The notes beneath the pieces are model-generated. The model had not been told where the DNA came from and did not search any database. It worked only from the letters and a program-made list of their open reading frames with translations. A stretch of DNA of 64,000 nt from Octopus sinensis. Lineage: Eukaryota. Each line of letters begins with the position of its first letter. Position 1 is the first letter of the stretch. The stretch covers positions 4,085-68,084 of the forward strand of contig NW_021834485.1 in assembly GCF_006345805.1 (NCBI RefSeq), written 5' to 3'. Below, in pieces: positions 38,730 to 50,294 of the stretch. A program made the position numbers and the translations under genes.

Positions 38730-39050
38730 TGAAATGGTAACAACTTTGGAAATTCATGCTTCAAGTTTAACCTACAACGACGAAGTTTCAAATAGATTTT
38801 TTGATGATCTACAATGAAGCATAAACCTGATCTTATAAGATTACCGGAGATTCCAGAGCTAGAGTAGAAGGCGAATGGTAAAATAATACAGGAAAATATA
38901 CTACTGGAAAACGAACCGTATGAGGACTAAGATACTTATTGTGGTTCTTATTTCGATGCAAAAGTGGGAGAGAATGCAAGAACTGGTAAAATATTAATGG
39001 AAAATACGGTGTTGAGAAAGCAAACGAGCGAAGGATTGCGCGTTTATTAT
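38730..39050 (+). pseudogene. Highly decayed RTE-type LINE AP-endonuclease remnant
   Basis: Fragments read YNDEVSNRFFDDLQ, GDSRARV..IGKYTTGKR and FDAKVGE..NGKYGVEKANER, resembling the GDFNAKVG...GKYGLG.RNERG motif, with stops and frameshifts. Confidence 0.45.
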
Positions 39051-39077
39051 AAACCTATACAACAAATGGTCTTGGGA

Positions 39078-39642
39078 TAAGATATATTAAAAAGTAATGA
39101 AAGGGAGGTAATCAAGACGAACCAAGTAATTTCTCTAAATATATAGAATTTTTGCAATTATTTCATATTTATATAAATATATATATATATATATATATAC
39201 ATCCATTTCTATTAATATAGAATCATAATTAGCTAGTAAATGGTGATTTGTTTTATTAATGAGTCGAATTAAAAGAATATGTTAGACGTATTTACTAACT
39301 ATGGAGAAAAACTTTATCAATTTAGTAAATATATCATGAGTCAATAAGATATATTAAAAAGTAAGGGAAGGGAGGTAATCAAGATTAACCAAGTAATTTC
39401 CCTAGATATATAGAATTTTTTTTCCATCTTATATAGGAGAGTATAAAAACATAATTCTAATTTCATTATATCCACTCCTGATATTGACTTCTGATATATG
39501 TGCTAAATTAATAAAGTTTTTTTTCCACAGTTAGTAAATATTATGTCTAACATTTTCTTTTAATTCAACTCATTACTAGCTAATTATGATTATATATTAA
39601 TAGAAATGGATACATATATATATATATTTATATAAATATGAA
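39078..39642. repeat. Interleaved direct (about 75 bp) and inverted (about 160-185 bp) repeats
   Basis: 39078-39152 matches 39345-39420 directly; 39161-39346 matches the reverse complement of 39482-39642 with one indel. Confidence 0.85.
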
Positions 39643-40561
39643 ATGATTTCTATATTTTCTATCCCTATATAAGATACTAATATTTATTGAAATCCTTTAG
39701 AAAATTATCGAAAGAATATTTACTTAAATTTCTTAATATAGAATCTGGATGTTAAATGGTAAGGGACATTGAAAACCTCTAGAGCACTAGTAGTCTATGT
39801 TTCCCCTATCCCTCTATCTTCAACCTACTAGCTTTTTGCTATAATGGATTCAAGTATATCTAAACTGAATTCCTCAAAATGGGAATAGGTTTATGGTTTT
39901 GACATTTGTACTACCCCTTCCTATATCTATAAATAGAAAAAAATTCTTTGTCTCCATCCAACCAAAAATAAAACTTCCCCACTGATAGATCTAAATAACA
40001 AAGTGAACGCAATGATGAAATCTACGGTCAGAGAGTGAATATACTATTATCATGTTCTTAAGAATGAAATCAACCTCTCTGTCTTTATATCTACCCTCTT
40101 TATAATGTTGGCAAATGAAATAGAGATAAGAATGTGCATTGTCCGTTTGACTGGAAAATTCTATAAGTGGCTGAAGATTGCTCGACATTTTAAAACTGAT
40201 GTAATACTTACAGTGTTTAATAAAATGAAGTAGCATGAACCAATTGTACTACTCTACCATGGATATACTTGTTACTTATTTTGATTATATATATATATAA
40301 TCTATTCCTTATTCTTGTACTCTCATCTTCTCCTTCTCATCTTCATGGCTTCCCTTATTTTATTAAACTTTCATCCGTCTTAAATTATTTAGACACAACA
40401 TCCGAAAATAGATTTATTTATTTATTTTTGTGGTCGTGCTGATGGTCGTAAGGGACATAGGTAGTAAGTCGAGGAGGTGTATATATTATATGTATTCATA
40501 TGTGTGTGTGTGTGTGTGTGTGTGTGTTGTGTGTGTGTGTGTGTGTGTTTGTATGTTTAAA

Positions 40562-40803
40562 CAATAATCCCTCGCCTTATCGCAGTTCGCCTATTGCGGT
40601 TCACCTATCACGGTTTATTATCTAAGCTTACGTCGATTCCTCTGTGGTGCTGTTTTGCATTTACAATAAAATAAATATATACAAATTATAAAAATAATGA
40701 AAACCAAATATACAGTACAGTATTGTTTCTATTTCGCGGATTTTCACCTATCGCGTGGATGTGGATGTGGAAAGTAACACCCGCGATAGTTGAGACATTA
40801 CTG
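40562..40803. mobile_element. Tigger/pogo-type MITE
   Basis: Ends CAATAATCCCTCGCCTTATCGC and GCGATAGTTGAGACATTACTG|TA; subterminal CACCTATCGCG repeats. Confidence 0.65.
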
Positions 40804-41423
40804 TACATGAATTTATACGTTGACTCACACATACATGTATATATCTATGCATCTATCCATTAATTTATCTGTCAGTCTACTTCTCAATCATTCGACCAAC
40901 CAACCAACCAACCAACCAGCCAGCCAACCAACCCACCACCCAGTCTTATCCATCTACCTACAAAGAGCCACCCACCTCTCTTCTTCCAGCAGTAATAATT
41001 CTTCTCGATACGCCTCCCTTATTCGTATAAATATCATCTTAAGTCAAATAGCTTCATTAGAATGCCCACCTCATTGTCACGTCACTTTATTTATTTAGCT
41101 AACTACAGATTTCTTTATAGTCACCCCTTTATTTAATGTCCCCCCCCTTTCCTCCCTGCTCTCCCTTCACGTACATCCACCACCCCCGCTTCTCAATCTA
41201 TCCCTTATTCTCGTATTCTCATTCTCACCTTCGAGACTTCCCTTATTCTATTATGCCTTCACCCCGTCTTAAGTTATTTAGACACAAACAAAAACGAACA
41301 ACAGCTCGTGTTGCTTTCGCCTCTTTATAATTCTTCCCATCACCACAACCGCCTCCTCTCTTCCTTACGCCTCTCTGTCTCTCTCTATCTTTATATATTT
41401 ACACTCACACACACACCTGCCAC

Positions 41424-41470
<47 letters not shown>

Positions 41471-41659
41471 GTTTCACTCTCTCGCTATTCTACTCTTTCT
41501 CCTTCTTTCATTTCTTTTCTTCACTTCCGTCAGTTCGCGTTCTTCTTTTCCGACATTTTGTTCTTCTACTTTTCTATTGTCGTATTTAACTCTCGCCTGC
41601 TCGAAAACCCCACCATCCCCGTTAAACCTCTTTAGCCTCCTTTTTTTTCTCCATCCCTT

Positions 41660-41830
41660 GTTGCCCACTTTGGGATCTTTTTCCTCTCTTCCTTCTTTAT
41701 GTTTCCGACGAAGAGCTCCGCTCGAAACGTCATACCTTCTGCTTCCATATTTCCTGAGCGCCTATTAATAATAATACTGTAATTGTTCCACGTGTTGTTG
41801 TTTTTTTGTTTTCCCGTTTGGATTAAAATT
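41660..41830 (+). mobile_element. Hammerhead-bearing repeat, motif at 41701-41735
   Basis: GTTT-CCGACGA-A-GAGC-TCC-GCTC-GAA-ACGT-C-ATAC (GUC triplet); ends GTTTGGATTAA then (TA)n. Confidence 0.65.
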
Positions 41831-42202
41831 ATATATATATATTATATAATATATAGATATATATATATAATATATATTATATATATATATTCTTTTCATT
41901 GTGATACCAAAATACCTCAGCCGCTCTCTAAAGGGATGTTAGATTTATATAAGATATAAGATCGAATCCAGTCCAGAAGTAAACGATATTCAGTGTGTTC
42001 ATTTGAGAACAAGGACCAATGTAAATACAACACAAGACACCTAACACGTAGCCACCGCCAACATATTTTGCTCCCGGCCAAAGGAATGTCGTAAAGTGAA
42101 AGGTTTTATGTGGATTACTGTGTGTGTGTGTGTATGTGAGTGTACGACCGTTTGTGTCTGAGTTTCATTTTCTCGTAGCTGCCTTAACACTTTTGTGGAA
42201 TC

Positions 42203-42239
<37 letters not shown>

Positions 42240-42352
42240 AGTGTGTGTGTGTATGTATTTATGTATGTATGTATATAGTATGTATGTGTATATATATATA
42301 TGTGTATATATATATATATATATATACATACATATATATATGTATATATATG

Positions 42353-42403
<51 letters not shown>

Positions 42404-42518
42404 GAGTGGTGTGTGTATGTATTATGTATGTATGTATATATGTATGTATGTGTATATATATATATGTGATATATATATATTATATATATACATACATATA
42501 TATAGTATATATATGTAT

Positions 42519-42560
<42 letters not shown>

Positions 42561-43316
42561 GTGTGTGTGTATAAATACGTGTTGTATGATTGTGTCTGTT
42601 TTTATTTATACATATGTATGTAAGAATATTCGAGTGTTTCTCTGTGGTTGTGTTTGCTTCAGTATCTGCATATATGTGTGCGCGCGCGCGTGTGTGTGTA
42701 CGTGCATGGGGTAGGAGAATGGGCGTCAGCGGAAGTATGTGGGAGGGGGAAATGAATGCTGAGTAAAAACAAAATCCGAAAATAGGTGAAAACGTCGAGC
42801 AGACACGCACCGCGTGGAAACATTAGACAAGATAAAGGTGGTCATTCGATCAGTAGCGAACATAGTTTAGTGTCATGGAGAAGTGAGGAGGAGGAGGAGG
42901 AGGAGGAGGAGTAAGTAGGAAGAAGAGAGACTGACGAAGAGAGAGAACGACTGAGTCGGGAGAGGAAGCGAAAATGACAGAGGGAGAGGAAGAGGAGGTT
43001 GAGTACACATGGGAGAATTTAAGAAATATAACAGTGCAAGATGAATTAGTGCATGTGTGTGTGTGTGTTTGTGTTGGATGTGTTGGAGGTCGAGTGAAAA
43101 GCGCAGGTATGGCCAAACGATTGCGAATTTTATTATTAAAATCATGATGGTCCATAATGTATGGCATCTCAAAGAGAGGGTTTAGTGTGTTCTACTATAA
43201 ACCTTTTGTTCTATCCAAGCCATGTCAATGTGGCTGTGTCTACGTGGGTTGACCTTCCTTTAAATGCGAGGTGCAACTCTTCTTCCTTGTTGATCCTGAC
43301 CGAGGGCTATTTTACA

Positions 43317-43550
43317 AAGGCGGCGAGCTGGCAGAAACGTTAGCACACCGGGCGAAATGCTTAGCAGTATTTCGTCTGCCGTTACGTTCTGGGTTCAAAT
43401 TCCGCCGAGGTCGACTTTGCCTTTCATCCTTTCGGGGTCGATAAATTAAGTACCAGTTACGCACTGGGGTCGATGTAATCGACTTAACCTCTTTGTCTGT
43501 CCTTGTTTGTCCCCTCTATGTTCAGCCCCTTGTGGGTAGTAAAGAAATAT
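43317..43550 (+). mobile_element. SINE family A
   Basis: Full head, B box, and tail ending GTAAAGAAATA. Confidence 0.9.
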
Positions 43551-43904
43551 ATATTTTACAGGCTAACCATATTTGTGGAATATTCAGACACGCTATGATT
43601 CTGTGGGTAGTGGAAACGAGAGGGGTGACATTGAAGGAGGAGTACAGATTAAAACTAATGTTGCCAAGGAAGGATCTCCCATTAATTCTACTGAATTCCC
43701 GTCAGTACAAATTTGGCCCTTTTACTTGCAACAGAAGAGATCTACAGTAAAAACGTATCATGGAATGGAAACCGTAAAAGGTTGACACTTATACACCAAG
43801 ACATTGGGTAGCCCAGCGCTCCTATTTATCCGTCTGCGTAAAGTGTTTGCATTGTACAGAATGTTTAAGACACTGTGTGACCCGGCGTTCATGTTTATCT
43901 GTCG

Positions 43905-44090
43905 AAGTAAAGGCTTGGCAGCATTTCGTTCGTCTTTACGTTCTGAGATCAAATTCCGCCGAAGTCGGCTTTGCCTTTCATCCTTTCGAGATCAATGAAA
44001 TATGTACCGGTTGAGCAGTGGGGTCGATGTAATCGGCTTAACACCCTCTCCCGAAATTGCTGGCTTTGTGCCAAAATTTGAAACCAATAT
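43905..44090 (+). mobile_element. SINE family A, older 5'-truncated copy
   Basis: Body similarity to family A. Confidence 0.7.
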
Positions 44091-44212
44091 CAAGTCAATA
44101 ACCTTCTGAATGTTGCTGTTTCTCTGCACCTCAGTCTAGAGACTTTAGAGAGATGTTTATACGTAACCCAGAAATCCTGACAGAACAATGGATCAGAAAC
44201 AGTCTAAAGTTG

Positions 44213-44631
44213 AAGGCGGCGAGCTGGCAGAAACGGTAGCACGCCGGGCGAAATGCTAAGAGGTATTTCGTCTACCGCTAAGTTCTGAGTTCAAATTCCA
44301 CCGAGGTCGACTTTGCCTTTCATACTTTCAGAGTCGATAAATTAAGTACCAGTTACGCACTGGGGTCGATGTAATCGACTTAATCCCTTTGTCTGTCCTT
44401 GTTTGTCCCCTCTGTATGTAGCTCCTTGAGGGTAGTAAAGAAATAGGTATTTCGTCTGCCGCTACGTTCTGAGTTCAAATTCCGCCGAGGTCGACTTTGC
44501 CTTTCATCTTTTCGGGGTCGATAAATAAAGTACCAGTTACTCACTGGGGTCGATGTAATCGACTTAATCCGTTTGTCTGTCCTTGTTTGTCCCCTCTGCG
44601 TGTAGCCCCTTGTGGGCAGTAAAGAAATAGG
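44213..44631 (+). mobile_element. SINE family A, two modules
   Basis: Head followed by two GTATTTCGTCT...GTAAAGAAATAG modules. Confidence 0.9.
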
Positions 44632-45761
44632 AAACAGTCTAAAGTAGATTACAAAATTGTAACGATGAAGTCAACAATCAACTTCCGACTATTTTCTGGT
44701 ATGTAAATAACGTGATGTTCATAGGTTCCAATCTTATTCGGAGAGCAGACCATGGGACGAAAGGGTCTAAACCTGAAAATAATTCTTTGTTCTTTTTCCT
44801 TTTTCCAAAATTCCAACAATTCATAAAACTTAATCTCCGATTTTCATAGTGGAATCAGAAAGAAATCTTCACCTGGAAGAGACAGTGGTCCATCGAGGGT
44901 AGCTCTCTCCTTTGCCAAATATTGAACTTGTCACGGCAGGTCAAGAATAACTCGTGAAATAATCTTCCTTGGTAGCGACGAATTCTTTTTACTTTTTCGT
45001 ATCTAGTGATGATTAGTCTTACAGAGACGTTTCTAGAATTAAGTCTTTTGGCCACAGACGCAATGCAGAACTTGTGATACCTGGGAAGGTTTGTGATACC
45101 TGGGCACGTTATACGTACAAAACCATTTGGTGATTTTAATTTGAGTCGCTATTAGTTTCATGTCTCTGAAAATACAAGAGTCGTTACAAGCGTGTCGTGT
45201 ATATGTATGCGTGTGTATATGTATGCATGTATGTGTGCGTGTGAGTGGCGTGTATGTGTGCGTGTGTGTGTGTGCGTGTGTAGGTATGAATGTATGCATG
45301 TATGAGGATAGGAAATTAGACTACTAACCAAACGACACGAAGCAGTGAAGGGCATAGATGACATATTAAGAGAAAGGAGAGATGGGAATGAAAGAGGGGA
45401 GTTAGAAAGGGAGAGAATTAGAGATAGTGAGATTGAGTGGAAGAAGCGTGTGTAATAAAAATAGAAGGGAACGGTAAGAGAGGGAGATAGAGAGGGGGAA
45501 TTAGGAGAGTATATGATGCTGAGAAGTAAACAGAGAGTGAAGAGAAGTAGGAAGAGAGTAGAAGAGATGGAGGTAAAATAATAGGAAGACAAAGAGAGAT
45601 GAGAGAGATGAGAGAGCAAGGAGAGGAAAGAACAATGGCAGACGAGCAGACAGGCAGACAGGCAGACAGACAGACAGATATACATAGAGGAAGTGATTGA
45701 CTGATTGATTGATTGATTGATTGATTGATAGGTCAGTAGATTTGCTACGTACGTACGTACG

Positions 45762-45842
<81 letters not shown>

Positions 45843-45874
45843 TGACGGACGGACGGACGGACGGAAGGACAGAC

Positions 45875-45909
<35 letters not shown>

Positions 45910-46079
45910 TGCACAAATGCATGCATACTTGCATACATACATTCATGCATACATGCATGCATACATTCATATATGCATACATATGTACATGCATACATAC
46001 ATACATACATACATAGACAGATAGACAGACAGACAGACAGATTGATACATATAATATATATATATATATATAGGTAAAC

Positions 46080-46330
46080 AGTATAAAACTAATTACAGAC
46101 ATGGACAAGAACATGAAACACCACAGAGACGACACAAGAACCACAGGACGGGACATCGAAGCCTCAGTCATCATCAAGAACCAGATATCTTAGCAATTTC
46201 GGCTGATTAATCTTGAGATTGCCTCCGATATGGCCAGCCGCCAAGGGAAATCTAGCCAAGCGCATTAGATCCCTGGAGAAAGCTTCGATGTATACAAACG
46301 AGACGGAAAACGACGAAGTACACGAACAAA
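46080..46330 (-). mobile_element. Penelope-like terminal-repeat fragment between microsatellites
   Basis: Homologous to 13560-13812; minus strand has TCAGCC-GAAA...TTGATGA-TGACTGA. Confidence 0.55.
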
Positions 46331-46335
46331 AATAC

Positions 46336-46373
<38 letters not shown>

Positions 46374-46589
46374 AAGAGTGAGAGAGAAGGGGAGAGAGAG
46401 AGAGGGAGATTAGATTAGATGGAAGAATATTTTGGATGAAGGAATGAAGAATATGACCCATACACCAAATATTTATGAATTTGGCATGAAGCACGTGACA
46501 CAATACTTTGCCTAAGGGATCAATCTTTCCTCCCTCCACCCCCACCCCCCACCCCGCCATTCCCCATATTTTATTTGATTATTTATGTT

Positions 46590-46720
46590 TGTGCCGCAGT
46601 CACCGTCGCCGCCGCTCTTTCATTTGATCCCCGCACATTCTGCGCGTCACTGTGCCAGTCTCGTGGGGCGTGGCATATAAAGTGACTGTCCGCTTTAGTT
46701 TTGAAGTTTTGACGTCGAAT
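46590..46720 (+). promoter_or_regulatory. Candidate Pol II promoter (GC box plus TATA)
   Basis: CpG-rich unique sequence; GGGGCGTGGC (46665-46674) directly upstream of TATAAA (46676-46681); TGACGTC at 46710. Confidence 0.35.
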
Positions 46721-47181
46721 GTTGAAAAATGTTGTTGCTGTTGCTGTTGTTGTTGTTGTTGTTGTTGTTATTTGTTTAGTTTCGATTATTTAGGGAAGTG
46801 GGTGGGGAGGGGGGAGTTGCAGGCATTTGTTTGTCTTACCTAATGTGTGTCTCTCTCTCTCTGCTCCACTCCTACACCCACAACAACAACAACAACAACA
46901 GCAGCAAGAACAATAACTCGTACAATTACAAAACCCAAAAGTACCCGTACTAAAATGAGTGTCTTTACCTGGTCGTGAAACTTACTAGAAATAACAGCCA
47001 GATCTCCTTCATATCTCTCCCTGTCGCCTTGAAGAAGAAAAAAAACTGGACACATTAGATAATGTAGTTCATGATATTATTGCATCAGTGGAATAGTCGT
47101 GGCTGGAATATCTTTGATCATCGCTATCTTCAGGCAGGGCTTATCTAGAACCAAACACCAACATTAATAAAGACTCCCCTG

Positions 47182-47795
47182 AAAGCAACGAGCTGGCAGA
47201 AACGTTAGTACACCGGGCGAAATGCTTAGCGGTATTTCATCTGCCGTTACGTTCTGAGTTCAAATTCCGCCGAGGTCGACTTTGCCTTTCATCCTTTCGG
47301 TGTCGATAAATTAAGTACCAGTTACGCACTGGGGTCGATATAATCGACTTAATCCGTTTGTCCTCTTTGTATTTAGCCCCTTGTGGGTAGTAAAGAAATA
47401 CGTATTTCGTCTGCCGTTACGTCCTGAGTTCAAATTCCACCGAGGTCGATTTCGCCAATCATCCTTTCGGGGTCGATTAAATAAGTACCACTTACGCACT
47501 GGGGTCGATATAATCGACTTAATCCGTTTGTCTGTCCTTGTTTTTTCCCTCTGTGTTTAGCCCCTTGTGGGTAGTAAAGAAATACGTATTTCGTCTGCCG
47601 TTACGTTCTGAGTTCAAATTCCACCGAGGTCGACTTCGCCTTTCATCCTTTCGGGGTCGATTAAATAAGTACCAGTTACGCACTGGGGTCGATGTAATCG
47701 ACTTAATCCGTTTGTCTGTCCTTGTTTGTCTTCTCTGTGTTTAGCCCCTTCCCCCCAAAATTCCAGGTCTTGTGCCTATAGTAGAAAGGATTATT
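47182..47795 (+). mobile_element. SINE family A, three modules
   Basis: Modules restart at about 47232, 47402 and 47586. Confidence 0.9.
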
Positions 47796-47822
47796 GGTGG
47801 TGCTATCGTAGTTATTGTTGTA

Positions 47823-48165
47823 GTGAAGACGCATGGCTCAGTAGTTAGAGCGTCGGGTTCACATACATGGGGTAGTGAGTTCGATTCCCGGACCGGGCTG
47901 TGTGTTGTGTTCTTGAGCAAAACACCTCTATTTCACGTTGCTCCAGTTCCCTCGGCTGTAGAAATGAGTTGCAACATCACTGGTGCCAAGCAGTATCGGC
48001 CTTTGCCTTCCCCTTGGATAACATCAGTGGCGTTGAAGAGGGGAGGCTGGTATACGTGGGGAACCGCTGGTCTTCCATAAACAACCTTGCCTGGACTTGT
48101 ACCTCGGTGGGGAGCTTTCTGGGTGCAATCCCATGGTCTTTCATGACCGAAGGGAGCCTTTATTA
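47823..48165 (+). mobile_element. SINE family D-related element
   Basis: GTGAAGACGCATGGCTCAGTAGTTAGAGCG (A box)...GAGTTCGATTCCC (B box)...TTCTTGAGCAAAACAC..TATTTCACGTTGCTCCAGT. Confidence 0.8.
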
Positions 48166-48169
48166 TTCT

Positions 48170-48548
48170 TTTCTTCTTTAGGGACAAGGTCTGAAATTTT
48201 TTTGTGAGGGGGAGGGCAGTTGATTAAATTGACCCTAGTACGCAACTGGTACTTTATTTATCGACCCCGAAAGGATCAAAGGCAAAGTCGACATCGGCGG
48301 AATTTGAACTCAGAACGTAGCGGCAGACGAAATACCTATTTCTTTACTGCCCACAAGGGGCTAAACACAGCGAGGACAAACAAGGACAGACAAACGGATT
48401 AAATCGATTACATCTACCCCAGTGCGTAACTGGTACTTATTTAATCGACCCCGAAAGGATGAAAGGCAATGTCGACCTCAGCAGAATTTGAACTCAGAAC
48501 GTAAGCATTTCGCCCGGCGTGCTAACGTTTCTGCCAGCTCGCCGCCTT
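48170..48548 (-). mobile_element. SINE family A, two modules
   Basis: Reverse complement of family A. Confidence 0.88.
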
Positions 48549-48914
48549 TTACGATGTATGTTTGTGTACATGTGCTTGTATACGTGTGCATGTGTGTATT
48601 TGTCACTGTATGTGACTGTGATTGTATGTGTATGTGCGTGCATGTATGTGTGTGTATGTAGCAGCACGAACAACAGTAGCAGCAGCAGCAGCAGCAGCAG
48701 CTTTTCAGATATGTGATCAATACACGAATGTAGGTCTTGGTCTTCTTAATATATATTTAATAACAAATATGTGGTATTGGTATTACTGCAGACATTCAAT
48801 ATCGTTGTACATACATTTGTACATATACATACGAAAGTACATGCATAAATATATAAGTACTTACGTATACATACGTAAGCATAAACGTACACACATAAAT
48901 ACATAAGAACGTGT

Positions 48915-49392
48915 AAGTGGTCTGATCAATAAGTATCCGGACTGTTGCTATAGTAACGAAGTTAAAGCACGGAAAGTGAAGGTGCTTGGTACAGATTCAC
49001 CTTGGACTCTGTAGTGTATGTGCACTAAGTTTTAACGTTCTAGCTCACTTCCGTTGTTTACAGCAGTGTTTGGAAGGAAGGTGTGTAGCGTGTGATGGTC
49101 GCATTGACCATGACAGAGAAAGTTGAGCGGAGAGTCTACATCAAATTTTGCCGAAAGCTCGGTGATGCTCAGAGGCCTTCGCAAAGTTTTCAAAAAGTTT
49201 TCATCGTTCTCGACACAATCAAGGAGATCTTGTGTTACTGAAACCCGAGTGTCTTTTTGGTCAGCTGAAAGCAGTTTTGGCACAGACCTGGCAGGCACGC
49301 GTCTCACGCCCAAATCTTCAGTGATAATGGACTGAAACTGAACTGTAACTAATCTGCACATCCTCTGATAACTCACGGATGGTCATTCGCCG
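48915..49392. mobile_element. Mariner derivative with internal inversion of transposase sequence
   Basis: Left end GGTCTGATCAATAAGTATCCGGACT; plus strand MTEKVERRVYIKFCRKLGD from ATG 49110; minus strand RRMTIRELSEDVQIS..QSIITEDLGVRRVPARSVPKLLSADQKDTRV..ENFLKTL. Confidence 0.85.
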
Positions 49393-49409
49393 ATATATAT
49401 ATATATATT

Positions 49410-50210
49410 AGCCTTGATATTAACTCTCACGCGACTCTGCATCTTTCTTTCTTTCTATTCCATTCCCTTTTTCGTCTTTTTTCCCTCACTTAACTTGTCT
49501 CTTCCTCTCTCTCTCATTCTTCATTCTCTCTCTCCCCCTCACCATTCTTCATGGTCTCCTCGCACCATTCCCCTTCTTCTCTCCCTTCCTCTTGCTCCTC
49601 CTCCCCCATTCCCGTCGTCCATCTGCGACGATACTTCCGTCGTAACTGCTATCCTGTCTTTTCTCGCCCGCCTTCTAAGGCCACTGGTCGACATTCCTGC
49701 TCTCTCGTCGTCCACTATAATCCAGCGTTTGCAATACGTTTTTCGTCTGGCGTAAACAGCCCTTCTTATCTTGTTCTCCTTGTCCTGTCTCTTACTGTTA
49801 TATATTTATTTTTCCACTGTTTATATATATTTTTTTACTGTTTATATGTTTGTACTGTCGTTACCGTCTTGCGTTTTTTACCATTTTTTACCCCTCTGCG
49901 AAAAGATCTCAGAATTTTAATTGATTTGCTTTTCGCAGGAAGGAAGTTTCTTCGAAGATACGTCTCGCTTTTATCCTTCGAAACGTAGAGTAGATGAAAT
50001 CTTAGCGACTGAAGAAGGGGTTTTTTCGTTGTGCTCATTGTCCTGTACCCCCCTTTTTTTCTTGTCCTGTTCCTTGGTTTGTGTCTTGTTTTTCGTCTCT
50101 CTATGTGTTCGACGTCTTTTTGGTGTCCTGTGCACATATATGCGTGTATATGTACATGTAGAGGTAGGTACGTACATATATGTTTATATATATGCATATG
50201 TTCTTTTATT

Positions 50211-50215
<5 letters not shown>
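49410..50215 (+). mobile_element. Penelope-like non-autonomous element (family 2), longer copy
   Basis: Lies between (TA)n tracts; 3' part matches 22395-22635; contains CCTTC-GAAA...CTGAAGA-A-GGGG. Confidence 0.55.
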
Positions 50216-50269
<54 letters not shown>

Positions 50270-50294
50270 GTATGTGTATGTATGTGTGTGTATA

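Noticed and set aside
43562-43790. Possible coding exon after TTTTACAG (70-85 aa ORFs)
   Set aside because: No recognisable homology or clear donor; the apparent acceptor abuts a SINE tail.
45158-46177. 339-aa minus-strand ORF
   Set aside because: It is mostly (TATC)n, (TGTC)n and (TATG)n translation joined to repeat fragments.
47823-47895. tRNA gene
   Set aside because: A and B boxes are present, but there is no closed acceptor stem or poly-T terminator, and it continues into a SINE body.
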